24,000 nucleotides of DNA from Halofilum ochraceum (GTDB taxonomy: Bacteria; Pseudomonadota; Gammaproteobacteria; XJ16; Halofilaceae): the NCBI RefSeq assembly GCF_001614315.2, contig NZ_LVEG02000004.1:506668-530667 (forward strand), given 5' to 3'. The notes beneath the pieces are model-generated. The model was given only the letters and a program-made list of their open reading frames with translations, was not told the DNA's origin and did no database searches. Shown piece after piece: positions 1 to 8,587 of the stretch. The position numbers were made by a program, and so were the translations under genes. The first letter of the stretch is position 1. Every line of letters starts with the position of its first letter.

Positions 1-1
1 A

Positions 2-73
2 CCCGTCTGCCGGGGCGACTGGTGCGACCTCCCGGCGCGGGATCTGTTCGCCGGTATCCGCTACGGGGCATAG
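2..73 (+). CDS. 3' end of an unidentified CDS truncated by the window edge
   Basis: Frame 2 is open from the window edge to TAG at 71..73. About 20 of 23 codons end in G/C, like the confident genes here. I recognise no motif in the tail PVCRGDWCDLPARDLFAGIRYGA. Confidence 0.3.
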   Translation, partial: PVCRGDWCDLPARDLFAGIRYGA

Positions 74-115
74 TGGCCATGCATCGGTGCAGCACGCCGA
101 TGGTGTCGCAGGGGC

Positions 116-904
116 ATGATTGCGGAGGGGGCTGTGGTGCGGAGTTGGCCTGAGCGGATCGGACAATGGCTCGCGCGATATCTGTCGCGATCGCGTGATA
201 TCGGATCGCATCCGGCCACCAGCCCGCCCGGGTTGGTGGCCGCCGCGTTGCGGCCCGGCGATGTGCTGCTCGTGGAAGGGACCAGCCGGCTCAGCTCGGC
301 GATCAAGTACCTGACACAGTCGACCTGGTCACACGCGGCGCTGTATGTCGGCGATGCCATCGATCCGCCAGGCCTGGTGGGCGATCGGCGCACACTGATC
401 GAGGCCGATGTTAACGAGGGCGTTCGCGCGGTTCCATTCAGCCTGTATGCGGGGTATCACACGCGCATCTGCCGCCCGGTCGGGTTGAAGGACTCCGAGA
501 CCGCGCGCGTGTGCGACTACATGATTTCGCGCCTCGGTTACCGGTATGACATGCGCAACGTCTTCGACCTCGCGCGCTACCTGATACAGACGCCGCCCGT
601 GCCGGGGCACTGGAAGCGGCGGATGCTCGCGCTGGGCAGTGGTGACCCCACGCGCGCGATCTGTTCGTCGTTGATCGCGCAGGCGTTCCAGTCGATCCGC
701 TACCCGGTGTTACCGCATGTCGAGCCGGGCACCCACCCGGAGGCCGCCGACGAGATCCACCATATCCGCCACCACAGCCTGTTCGCGCCGCGCGACTTCG
801 ATGTGTCGCCGTATTTCGACGTGATCAAGCCGCGGATCGCGGCGGGTTTCGACTACCGCGAAATCGTCTGGGACGACCGGGAAGGTGCCGGAACGGAGCG
901 ATGA
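116..904 (+). CDS. YaeF/YiiX-type permuted papain-like hydrolase (NlpC/P60 superfamily, C92/DUF830-like)
   Basis: 262-aa ORF with the permuted His-before-Cys layout of this family: PGDVLLVEG...SSAIKYLTQSTWSHAALYVG (His motif), LIEADVNEGVR, RLGYRYD, then AICSSLIAQAF (Cys motif). The start is uncertain because the G-run before ATG 116 is too close to be a good SD. Confidence 0.6.
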   Translation: MIAEGAVVRSWPERIGQWLARYLSRSRDIGSHPATSPPGLVAAALRPGDVLLVEGTSRLSSAIKYLTQSTWSHAALYVGDAIDPPGLVGDRRTLIEADVNEGVRAVPFSLYAGYHTRICRPVGLKDSETARVCDYMISRLGYRYDMRNVFDLARYLIQTPPVPGHWKRRMLALGSGDPTRAICSSLIAQAFQSIRYPVLPHVEPGTHPEAADEIHHIRHHSLFAPRDFDVSPYFDVIKPRIAAGFDYREIVWDDREGAGTER

Positions 905-1027
905 AGCCACTTCGAAGGTTGGCCGCGCCTGCAGCACCGCGATCCGACCGGCATCGTTCCCCGACGCGCCGCCTGATATAAGCAGCGTTCCCTGGTCGGC
1001 AGCCGCATGCGAGCGACGGCGCGCGGT

Positions 1028-1345
1028 TCAGGCGCTCAGGCGGCCGTCGAGATTGGCGAGGAAACGCTGCAGTTCGGCTTCATTGGACAGGTCCCCGTAC
1101 AGCACCGCGGGTTCTCCCCCGTCGCGGACGTGGACCAATGCCGGCGTCGCGAAGATCCCGTACTCGGTGATGCCCCCGGTGTCCTCGAGGAGGTCGACAT
1201 GGCGCACGGTGATATGGTCACTGGCGGTTTCTTCCACGGCTTTCGCCAGGTTGGCACGCGCGCGCAGTGAGCGCGGAGAATTACCCGTCACGAACAGAAC
1301 CAGGTCGGCGCTCGCACCGCTATCCCGATCGTTTCCCGGATTCAT
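1028..1345 (-). CDS. kaiB: KaiB (thioredoxin-like clock/timer protein)
   Basis: 105 aa with KaiB hallmarks: LVLFVTGNSPRSLRARANL, YGIFATPALV, LYGDLSNEAEL. Its ATG (1345..1343) overlaps the kaiC stop (1344..1342) as ATGA, implying translational coupling. Confidence 0.9.
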   Translation of the reverse strand: MNPGNDRDSGASADLVLFVTGNSPRSLRARANLAKAVEETASDHITVRHVDLLEDTGGITEYGIFATPALVHVRDGGEPAVLYGDLSNEAELQRFLANLDGRLSA

Positions 1346-3066
1346 TCCTCGTTCCCCCGGTTTGGGCCGGTCGTTTGATCATCCGCTGCCCGCCGGCGCC
1401 GGATGTCCTGTCGATGCAGATCCGCCTGATGGTTGGCATCGGTATCGCCCTGACGCTCGCGCTCCAGGACCTCGCTGAGGCGCTCGGCCTCGCTCTGTGC
1501 CTCCTGCATGCGCAGCCGCGCCTGTTCGATGTTGCGTTCCAGATCACGCCGGCGCTGTCCCCGTTCCACCTCCGCCCGTCGACTGCGCTCGGCGACCTCA
1601 TGTTCCTTCTGCATCCGGGCGGTACCCATGAGGACCTCGGAGCCGTACTCATAGACATCGGCAAGCGCCACGCCGTCATCCGACAACAGCAGTTCCCGTA
1701 CCTGATTGGAGTGCGCGGAGCCCCGGGATTTCACGATCGACAGGGCACGATTGCGTTCGCCGCCATGGACCCGGTATTCCAGCGAGATCCAGCTGTCGGC
1801 CAGGGTCGATACATGGCTCAGCGTCGATTCCTGCTCCTGGCTCTCGGTATCGATCAGGGACGTCAACAGGATCGTGATGCCCCGTGCGCGCGCCTCGCCA
1901 AGGATCCGCTCGGTGGTCATGTAGGCGCTGTCGGCGCTGGCCGACTTCAGCAGTGCCGAGACCGGATCGATGACCATGCAGTCCGGCTGGAACGCATCGA
2001 GCCAGCGGTGGATGGTGATGAAATGCTCCTCCACCAGCGCGTTCCAGGCCTCGCGCGATTCGATCCTCAGCAGCCCGGAATCGATGCCCGGCTGCAGTTC
2101 GATCCCGACCGAGGCGGCGTTGCGGACGATCCGGTCACCCAGTTCGTCGAAGGTCAGATAGAGCACCCGTTCGCCACGGTCGACCGCCGCCCGCGCGAAA
2201 CCGACCGCGAGCGTCGTTTTCGCGGTCCCGGGCGCGCCGGACACGAGGACGGTGGAGCCCCGATAGATACCGCCACCGAGGATGTGGTCCAGGCGCGGAA
2301 TGCCCATGCCGACACGTTCATACGAAACGGGGGCGTGGCGTGATTGATTGGCTGCGCTATAGGGCAGGTGCAGCCCGGCATCGTCCATGACCATCGGCAA
2401 CTCGTCGGTGACGTGCGCGCTCCCGCGGTACTTCGCGATCCGGAAGCGACGATTCAGGCGCCGCCCCACGAGTTCCGCTGACAGCACCAGCACGGTGGAG
2501 AGCATGAACTCGATGCCCTCGAGATCCAGTGGCCGTGCCGCATCGGCGCTGGCCCGCTTGCCGCTCAGCAGCAGCGTGACGCGGCGCGCTTCGCACCAGT
2601 CGTTGAGATGTCGGATCTGGTCGAGCGCGGCCCGCGCGTCCGGTTCCAGAGACAGCAGTTGATCGATGCCGTCCAGGATCAACCAGCCGCCGCCGAGGTG
2701 ATCGAGACGCTGCCCGGCAATCGCCAGCAGGCCCTCGAGGTCGAAGCCCCCCGAGGCGGTCGCATCCACCGGTGGCCGGCCATCGAGCAGCGCCCACGCA
2801 TCCGATTCGGTGAGGGTCTCACCCCAGTCGAACGAGCCGGCATCCCGCAGAATCTGCGCGGGGGATTCCTCGAATGAGATGAACAGACCGCCATCACCGT
2901 TGGCAATGGCGCTGGCGAGGATCTGCAGTCCGAGTATGGTCTTGCCTGCACCGGGTCCGCCCAGCACAAGCACGCCGCCGGCATCCGGCAGACCGCCGCG
3001 GGTGACGGCGTCGAGCCCGGCGATACCGGTCGGGCGTTTGGTCAGTGGGGTATCCGCTTGCCCCAT
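1342..3066 (-). CDS. kaiC: KaiC, double RecA/DnaB-like ATPase-autokinase with a C-terminal charged helical extension
   Basis: 574 aa with two Walker A motifs: GGPGAGKT (2938..2961) and GAPGTAKT (2215..2238). CI has the catalytic FISFEESP. A Ser-Thr pair in SHVSTLADS (S420/T421, 1804..1809) aligns by eye with cyanobacterial S431/T432. The KSRGSAH arginine-finger region is present. GGAGA SD lies 8 nt before the ATG. The last ~95 aa (1345..1629) are an R/E/Q-rich helix not present in cyanobacterial KaiC. Confidence 0.92.
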   Translation of the reverse strand: MGQADTPLTKRPTGIAGLDAVTRGGLPDAGGVLVLGGPGAGKTILGLQILASAIANGDGGLFISFEESPAQILRDAGSFDWGETLTESDAWALLDGRPPVDATASGGFDLEGLLAIAGQRLDHLGGGWLILDGIDQLLSLEPDARAALDQIRHLNDWCEARRVTLLLSGKRASADAARPLDLEGIEFMLSTVLVLSAELVGRRLNRRFRIAKYRGSAHVTDELPMVMDDAGLHLPYSAANQSRHAPVSYERVGMGIPRLDHILGGGIYRGSTVLVSGAPGTAKTTLAVGFARAAVDRGERVLYLTFDELGDRIVRNAASVGIELQPGIDSGLLRIESREAWNALVEEHFITIHRWLDAFQPDCMVIDPVSALLKSASADSAYMTTERILGEARARGITILLTSLIDTESQEQESTLSHVSTLADSWISLEYRVHGGERNRALSIVKSRGSAHSNQVRELLLSDDGVALADVYEYGSEVLMGTARMQKEHEVAERSRRAEVERGQRRRDLERNIEQARLRMQEAQSEAERLSEVLERERQGDTDANHQADLHRQDIRRRRAADDQTTGPNRGNEE

Positions 3067-3124
3067 GGGTCGACTCTCCGGTTTGCGTGTGTCCGGGCGT
3101 TGCCCGGTTCATCGATCGGGCAGC

Positions 3125-6100
3125 TTAGCCGGCGCCGCCTGCATGCGAAATCGGCAGGTGGGACCGCTGCTCCAGCAGCCAGCGGAAATCCTCCGACTCC
3201 AGCGGCATGCTGTAATAAAAACCCTGACCGATACGGCAGCCCATCCCGAGCAGCGCGTCGCGCTCGGCCGCGCTCTCGACGCCTTCGGCGACGACCTCCG
3301 CGTTCAGGGCACCGGCCACGCCGAGCACGGTGGTCACGATCTGGCGGCTGTAGGGATCTTCCAGCATACGCCGGACGAAGCCCTTATCGATCTTGATCTC
3401 GTCGAATGGATAGCGCTGCAGGTACAGCAGCGACGAATACCCCGTTCCAAAGTCGTCCAGGGACAGGCGTACGCCCATGTCGTGCAGCGTGCGCAGTTGT
3501 TGATTGAGATTCTCCGATTCGCGCTCGAATACACTCTCCGTGATCTCCAGCGTCAGCGCTTGTGGCGGCACATCGTGGCGCTGCAATGCGGAACGCACGG
3601 TCTCCGGGAAATCGCCCACCATGAACTGCACCAGCGAGACGTTGACCGCCACGCGCACGATGTCCAGCTTCGCGTCCTGCCATTCGCGCAGATGCCGGCA
3701 GGCCTCGTTCAGCGCCCAGTCGCCGATCGGGCCGATCAACTGGCTCTGTTCGGCGATCGTGACGAACGTGGCGGGTGAGCGCAGGCCATGTTCGGGGTGA
3801 TACCAGCGCAGCAGCGCCTCGCTCGCGATCAGCTCGCCGGTGTCCAGTCGGACCTTCGGCTGGAAGTGGAGCTGGAATTCATCCCCGGCGAGGGCCTGGC
3901 GCAGTTCCTGCGTGATCTCCACGCGTTGACGCACTTCATGATCGATCGCGCTGGTGTACGCGGTCCAGTAGTTATTGTTGTCGCTCCCCGTGCTCTCGAA
4001 GAGCGCCAGTTCCGCCTCGCGCAGCAGTTCCTCGTGCGCGCGTGGCTCGTCGCCGAGCAGCGTATAGCCGAACCGGGCGGTCACATCGAGCTGCAGACCA
4101 TCAAGTTCGAACGGCTGATCGAAGAGGGCGTCGATCTGCGCGCGCAGCTCCGCGGCGCTCAAGTCCGGGTGTTCCGGCAGATAGACGACGAACTCATCTC
4201 CGCCCACGCGTCCCGCGAGCGCGTCCTCCCCGAGCATCTCGTTGACCCGTTCAGCGACCGTCCGCAGCAGCTGGTCACCGACCGCATAGCCGTGACTGTC
4301 GTTGATATCCCGGTGCCGCTGGATATCGAACATGACGATCATTGCACTCGGTTGCCATCCCAGTTGCCACAGGCGATCCGCCAGTGACTGCACGAAGCCG
4401 TTGCGTGACGGCAGACGGGTGAGAGCGTCCTGGTAGGCCAGCCGATTGAGTTCCTGCTCGGCCAGTTTGCGTTCCGTGATGTCCACGTGCATGACGACCG
4501 CGCCGGATACGAGTTCGCCACCCAGACGGTTGGCCATCATCCGGAACCAGCGCGCACGGTCGGGGGCGTGACACGGGTACTCCAGGACAAACGTCTCGCG
4601 CTCGCCATTCAGCACATCGGCAAGTCCGGTGCGGGCCTCCGCCGCTTCGTCGGCGCAATCGCCGGTTGCACCATCGCAGATCCGGAGATAGTTCTGTCCG
4701 ACCCCGGTTTCGGGGTCGGGGTTGGCGTTCTCCATACCGAAGTGGCGCCACTGCCGATTGACGTCCCGTATCGTGCCGTCTGCATCGAGCAGCGCGATAT
4801 GGGCGGGCAATGCGTTGATCAGCATCTGCCGCGTTTCGAGCGTCGCGGCCAACTCGTCACGCGACACACGGAGTTCTTCCTCCCGGTTGCGGAGCTGTTC
4901 CTCCATCCTGCGGCGTTCGGTGACGTCGCGGAAATACACGGCCAGTCCCTCTTCGGTCGGGTAGGCCCGGATATCGAACCAGATTTCGAGTGGTTCGTAG
5001 TATTCCTCGAGCGCGACGGTGACGCGCTCGCGCATCGCGCGCCGGTATTCCCGCTCGATCGGCGTGCCCACCGCCGCCGGAAATTCCGTCCATACATGCT
5101 TGCCGACGAGCTCGGCGTGACCGCGCCCGAGCAGGTCGCCGGCCGCGCTGTTGACGTAATCGAAGCGCCACTCCGGTGTCAGGGTGAAAAAGGCGTCGCT
5201 GATGCTCTCGAGGACATTCGCAAGCCGTGCATTGATGCGTTCCAGCTCCTCGTCGGCTTCCTTGTTCGCGGATATATCCTGGAACGCGCCCTGTACGCAG
5301 TAGATCCGGCCGCTCAGGTCGTGGACCGGCTCGGCCACGACCCGGACCCAGACCCGTTGCCCGTGGGCATCGAGGATCTGCATTTCTTCGTCATAGGCGA
5401 TGCCGTTTTCGGCACACGCGGTAAAGCGTGCGCGCATGGCCTCGCGGTATTCGGGCGCATAGAACGCCAATCCCTCATCGACCGTGGGCGCATAGCCTGC
5501 CGGCATGCCGTGAATCTCCGCGACCATGTCCGACCAGTGAATCCGAGCGCTGTCGAGGTCCACCCACCAGCCGCCGAACCGCGCGACCCGGCCGGCCATA
5601 TCGAGCAGCTGCGCCTGCTCGCGCAGCGTCTCCTCGGCGTGGCGGACGTCGGTGAGGTCGGTCATGACCGCGCCGATATTCTGTCCTTTGCCCTCGCTCG
5701 CCGTGATCGGGAAATACCGGATCAGGAAATGACGCGTGCCGAGATGCGCGTAGGTGCGATCGCCCTCGAAACTCAGCGATTCCCCGGCGAGGCAGCGATC
5801 GAGTCGCGGCACGACTTCGCGGTCGTAGAACTCACGGCTGAGGATATCGAGCAGATGCAGTCCTTCAATCGACTCCCGGGTCAGCCCGTAGAGTGCCGCG
5901 TAGCCGTCATTGGCGAGCACGTAGTGATGACTCGAATCGATCACGCAGAATAAATCGCTGCCGGACTCGATCAGATGGTGGTATTGCCGGAGTCGCTGCT
6001 CCACCTTGTGCCACTCGGTAATGTCCTGGATCGTTCCCGTGAGCGCGACGGTATTGCCCGACGCGTCGGTCTCGGTTTCGGCGAGTTCATGGACCCGGCG

Positions 6101-7144
6101 GGTCGATCCATCTGGGCGGACGATACGGAACTCGAAATCGTGCCGGAGATTTTCGTCCCGCAGGCGAGTGCGCACGTCCAGCAGATGGGCGCGATCGTCA
6201 GGGTGCACGAGCTCCAGAAACGCCTCTGGCGTCGGTTCTCCCAGCGCGGGGTCGAGTCCCAGGATGCGGAAGGTCTCCTCCGACCACTCGAGGCGGTCTT
6301 CGTGGACCATGAGGCGCCAGCTGCCGATCTGCGCAATGCGCTGTGAGTCGATCAGCATCCGCTCGCGATCCTCCAGGGCCCGTTGTTGCGCCGCGATGCG
6401 GTCGTCGGCTGCGTCACGCTCGTCGAGCAGCCGGTTGAAGGCATCGGCGAGGCGCGAGAGTTCGTTGTCGCCACGACCGGCGGCGCGCAGGCCGGACTCC
6501 CCCGCGCGGATCCGGTCGATCGTGCTCGCCAACTCCTGTATGGGCCCACCCATGCGGCGATGGATCAGCCCGAATGCGGCCAGCGACAGTATTCCGAACG
6601 ACAGCGCCGCCGCGGCGAAGCTGCCGGCGATCCACATCGCATCGGTGGCGATACCCTGCTGGCGGTCGCGCAGCAGCTGATACAGGGCCGTGTCGAGTGC
6701 GACGCCGTGGCTGGCGACGCGGTCCATGAGGCTCCGCGCGCGCGGTGAGATATCCAGCGCTCCGGGGGCGTTCGACTCCGCCGGCTCCGTTACCGGTTCC
6801 GTCGCCAACGCGTTGGCATCCGCAAGCGCCTCGATCATCCGATCGATTTCCTGGGCGGCGGCCTGGGCCGCCGGGTATTCGTCGCCCATGGCGCGCAACT
6901 CCCTGCGAAGCGACGCCGCACGGGTGCGGAAAGCGCCATCGCTTTGCTGGTCGGCTCCGAGCAGGAGTTGGCGGTCACTCGCGGCGGACAGATCGTCGAG
7001 GCGTTTTTGCAGCTCGATCAGTTCGACGAGCTCGGCCTGCCTCGCTCGCATATCGTCATACGCGATCAGGCCGATCAGCAGCAGCGCGGCCAGGCCGGTT
7101 ACGCAGCCGGCAATACTGACATTGGATAGGCGCGCCAGTTTCAT
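3125..7144 (-). CDS. Membrane-anchored HAMP / 5xPAS / GGDEF / EAL c-di-GMP synthase-phosphodiesterase
   Basis: Longest ORF is 3125..7153 (1342 aa). I prefer ATG 7144 (MKLARL...) because GGGGGA lies ~8 nt upstream of it, whereas 7153 abuts that G-run. The protein has two TM segments flanking a ~140-aa helical periplasmic region, then a HAMP-like segment and five PAS-like cores (e.g. IGSWRL..EWSEETFRILG, LFCVIDSSHHYVLAN, FGGWWVDL..IHWSD, DAFFTLTPEWRFDYVN, AHIALLDADGTIRDVN). GGDEF motif RVGGDEFVVY is at 4190..4204. EAL motifs are EALLRW (3812..3820), EITE, DDFGTGYSS, KIDK, EGVE and QGF. Confidence 0.9.
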   Translation of the reverse strand: MKLARLSNVSIAGCVTGLAALLLIGLIAYDDMRARQAELVELIELQKRLDDLSAASDRQLLLGADQQSDGAFRTRAASLRRELRAMGDEYPAAQAAAQEIDRMIEALADANALATEPVTEPAESNAPGALDISPRARSLMDRVASHGVALDTALYQLLRDRQQGIATDAMWIAGSFAAAALSFGILSLAAFGLIHRRMGGPIQELASTIDRIRAGESGLRAAGRGDNELSRLADAFNRLLDERDAADDRIAAQQRALEDRERMLIDSQRIAQIGSWRLMVHEDRLEWSEETFRILGLDPALGEPTPEAFLELVHPDDRAHLLDVRTRLRDENLRHDFEFRIVRPDGSTRRVHELAETETDASGNTVALTGTIQDITEWHKVEQRLRQYHHLIESGSDLFCVIDSSHHYVLANDGYAALYGLTRESIEGLHLLDILSREFYDREVVPRLDRCLAGESLSFEGDRTYAHLGTRHFLIRYFPITASEGKGQNIGAVMTDLTDVRHAEETLREQAQLLDMAGRVARFGGWWVDLDSARIHWSDMVAEIHGMPAGYAPTVDEGLAFYAPEYREAMRARFTACAENGIAYDEEMQILDAHGQRVWVRVVAEPVHDLSGRIYCVQGAFQDISANKEADEELERINARLANVLESISDAFFTLTPEWRFDYVNSAAGDLLGRGHAELVGKHVWTEFPAAVGTPIEREYRRAMRERVTVALEEYYEPLEIWFDIRAYPTEEGLAVYFRDVTERRRMEEQLRNREEELRVSRDELAATLETRQMLINALPAHIALLDADGTIRDVNRQWRHFGMENANPDPETGVGQNYLRICDGATGDCADEAAEARTGLADVLNGERETFVLEYPCHAPDRARWFRMMANRLGGELVSGAVVMHVDITERKLAEQELNRLAYQDALTRLPSRNGFVQSLADRLWQLGWQPSAMIVMFDIQRHRDINDSHGYAVGDQLLRTVAERVNEMLGEDALAGRVGGDEFVVYLPEHPDLSAAELRAQIDALFDQPFELDGLQLDVTARFGYTLLGDEPRAHEELLREAELALFESTGSDNNNYWTAYTSAIDHEVRQRVEITQELRQALAGDEFQLHFQPKVRLDTGELIASEALLRWYHPEHGLRSPATFVTIAEQSQLIGPIGDWALNEACRHLREWQDAKLDIVRVAVNVSLVQFMVGDFPETVRSALQRHDVPPQALTLEITESVFERESENLNQQLRTLHDMGVRLSLDDFGTGYSSLLYLQRYPFDEIKIDKGFVRRMLEDPYSRQIVTTVLGVAGALNAEVVAEGVESAAERDALLGMGCRIGQGFYYSMPLESEDFRWLLEQRSHLPISHAGGAG

Positions 7145-7578
7145 GCAGGTCATCCCCCGTTACAGGGGGCACGCTCGACCCTTCGCTGCGCGGTCGTTGT
7201 CTGCCAGCAACGCGGCGGTTGGCGGGAGGTAGAGGACAATGACAGGACTCATGCGCTTCGTTGCTGGCAATGTATCGCGCAGGGCTGGTAGTGTCTATTT
7301 GCCACGCGACCCGTTCAGGGTTTATACCCACTCCCTTTGCGCGAGATCGCGCTGCGTGATCTGAAGAAACCGTAACTATGCCGCTCCGGTGTCGCCTGGT
7401 ATGCTTCAGCGTTCGGCGCTCGCATTCTGACATGCGCAGTGTGGATGCCGGCTTGTACCGGATCCATTGAGCAGAATCCGGGGCGTGTGCACTCGCCGTA
7501 AAGATCCTTCATCACGCTCAATCCGGACCATTACCGCTGGCCGCAGCGGATTCCAGCCTTGCGATGGAGTGTTGAACA

Positions 7579-8577
7579 ATGCTGCCGTGCCCACGCAGCC
7601 GGGGAGTGATTCGTTCGTCCAGCCCTCGGTGCCTTTCGGCCCTCATTGTCGCGACCATTGCCTTGACGCTCGGCGGCTGTGCATGGACGTCGGGCAGTCA
7701 GGCACTGACGGTCGACGAGTACCGCACGCTCGAGGAGCGCTGGGCCGACGAACGCGAGCGGCGGCTGAAGGCCCTGCTGGATGAGCGGATCGAGCCGCTA
7801 CTCGAACACGAGGAACGTCTCGGTACGCTCGAGCGGCGTTCGGAACGGATCCTGGTCGGACTGCGTGAACTCGAGGCGGCCCAGCGGCGCGCGAATCGGG
7901 AGGAGCGGGCCGATGACAGCGGAGGAGACGGCGATGAATCGAACGCGTCCGGGGACGACGGAAACAATGGCGCGGGCAGCGGCGAAGGCGAAGGCAAGGG
8001 CGAAGATGGCCCCGATCTGGAGCGCGATCCGAATGCGCTGACATCCGGTGAACCGCTGATTTTTGGTGCAAAGGAATGCATTGCACTGCCGGAACAGGAG
8101 CTCGTACTGCGCGCGCGGATCGATTCCGGTGCGAATACGGCCTCACTGGCCGCCGTCGATATCGAACAGTTCGAGCGCGACGGCGATCCCTGGGTTCGCT
8201 TTCGGATTCCGCGCGCCGGTTCAGGTGACGAGGCCGCGTCCGGCGCGGAGGATGGCGCCGGTGAGGATGAGGACGTATTCGAAGAAGTCATGGATGCGGT
8301 CGAGTCCGCGGCCGAGGCCGAGAATGAAGAGGAGGTGGGCGTGCGGGTCGAGGCCGAGGTCCAGCGCCGGGTCACCATCATCCAGGCGTCAGGGGAAGAT
8401 GAACGTCCGGTGATACGCCTGCCGACGCGGATCGGTCCGCTCGAACGACGGGTCGAGTACACGCTCGCCGATCGCGGACATTTGACCTACGGAGTCCTGC
8501 TCGGGCGGCGCTTTCTGCAGGATCTCGCCGTGATCGATGTGGCCCGCGAGTACGTTCAGCCTTGTCCGCCGCGCTGA
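7579..8577 (+). CDS. Retropepsin-like aspartic peptidase family protein (DUF785/COG4067, RimB-like), predicted lipoprotein with acidic inserts
   Basis: 332 aa. Signal peptide plus lipobox LTLGG-C (Cys34, 7678..7680). Family core: ECIALPE..LRARIDSGANTASL (D-S-G at 8122..8130), FERDGDPWVRF, LADRGHLTYGVLLGRRFL. Two D/E/G-rich low-complexity inserts lie at ~7909..8028 and ~8212..8334. GGAG lies 10 nt before the ATG. Confidence 0.75.
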   Translation: MLPCPRSRGVIRSSSPRCLSALIVATIALTLGGCAWTSGSQALTVDEYRTLEERWADERERRLKALLDERIEPLLEHEERLGTLERRSERILVGLRELEAAQRRANREERADDSGGDGDESNASGDDGNNGAGSGEGEGKGEDGPDLERDPNALTSGEPLIFGAKECIALPEQELVLRARIDSGANTASLAAVDIEQFERDGDPWVRFRIPRAGSGDEAASGAEDGAGEDEDVFEEVMDAVESAAEAENEEEVGVRVEAEVQRRVTIIQASGEDERPVIRLPTRIGPLERRVEYTLADRGHLTYGVLLGRRFLQDLAVIDVAREYVQPCPPR

Positions 8578-8587
8578 GTGATCGGGC

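Noticed and set aside
1345-1356. The KaiC C-terminus ...GNEE (and FapC ...GGGE) as possible acceptor tails for the nearby RimK-like glutamate ligase, by analogy with ribosomal protein S6 ...EE
   Set aside because: This is a coincidence-level observation. C-terminal Glu is common in acidic proteomes, FapC is exported, and nothing in the sequence links these genes to the ligase.
7265-7278. Sigma-54-like TGGCAATGTATCGC upstream of the ATP-grasp triad
   Set aside because: The GG-to-GC spacing is one base short of the -24/-12 geometry and the -12 region lacks TTGC, unlike the exact match at 16223..16237.
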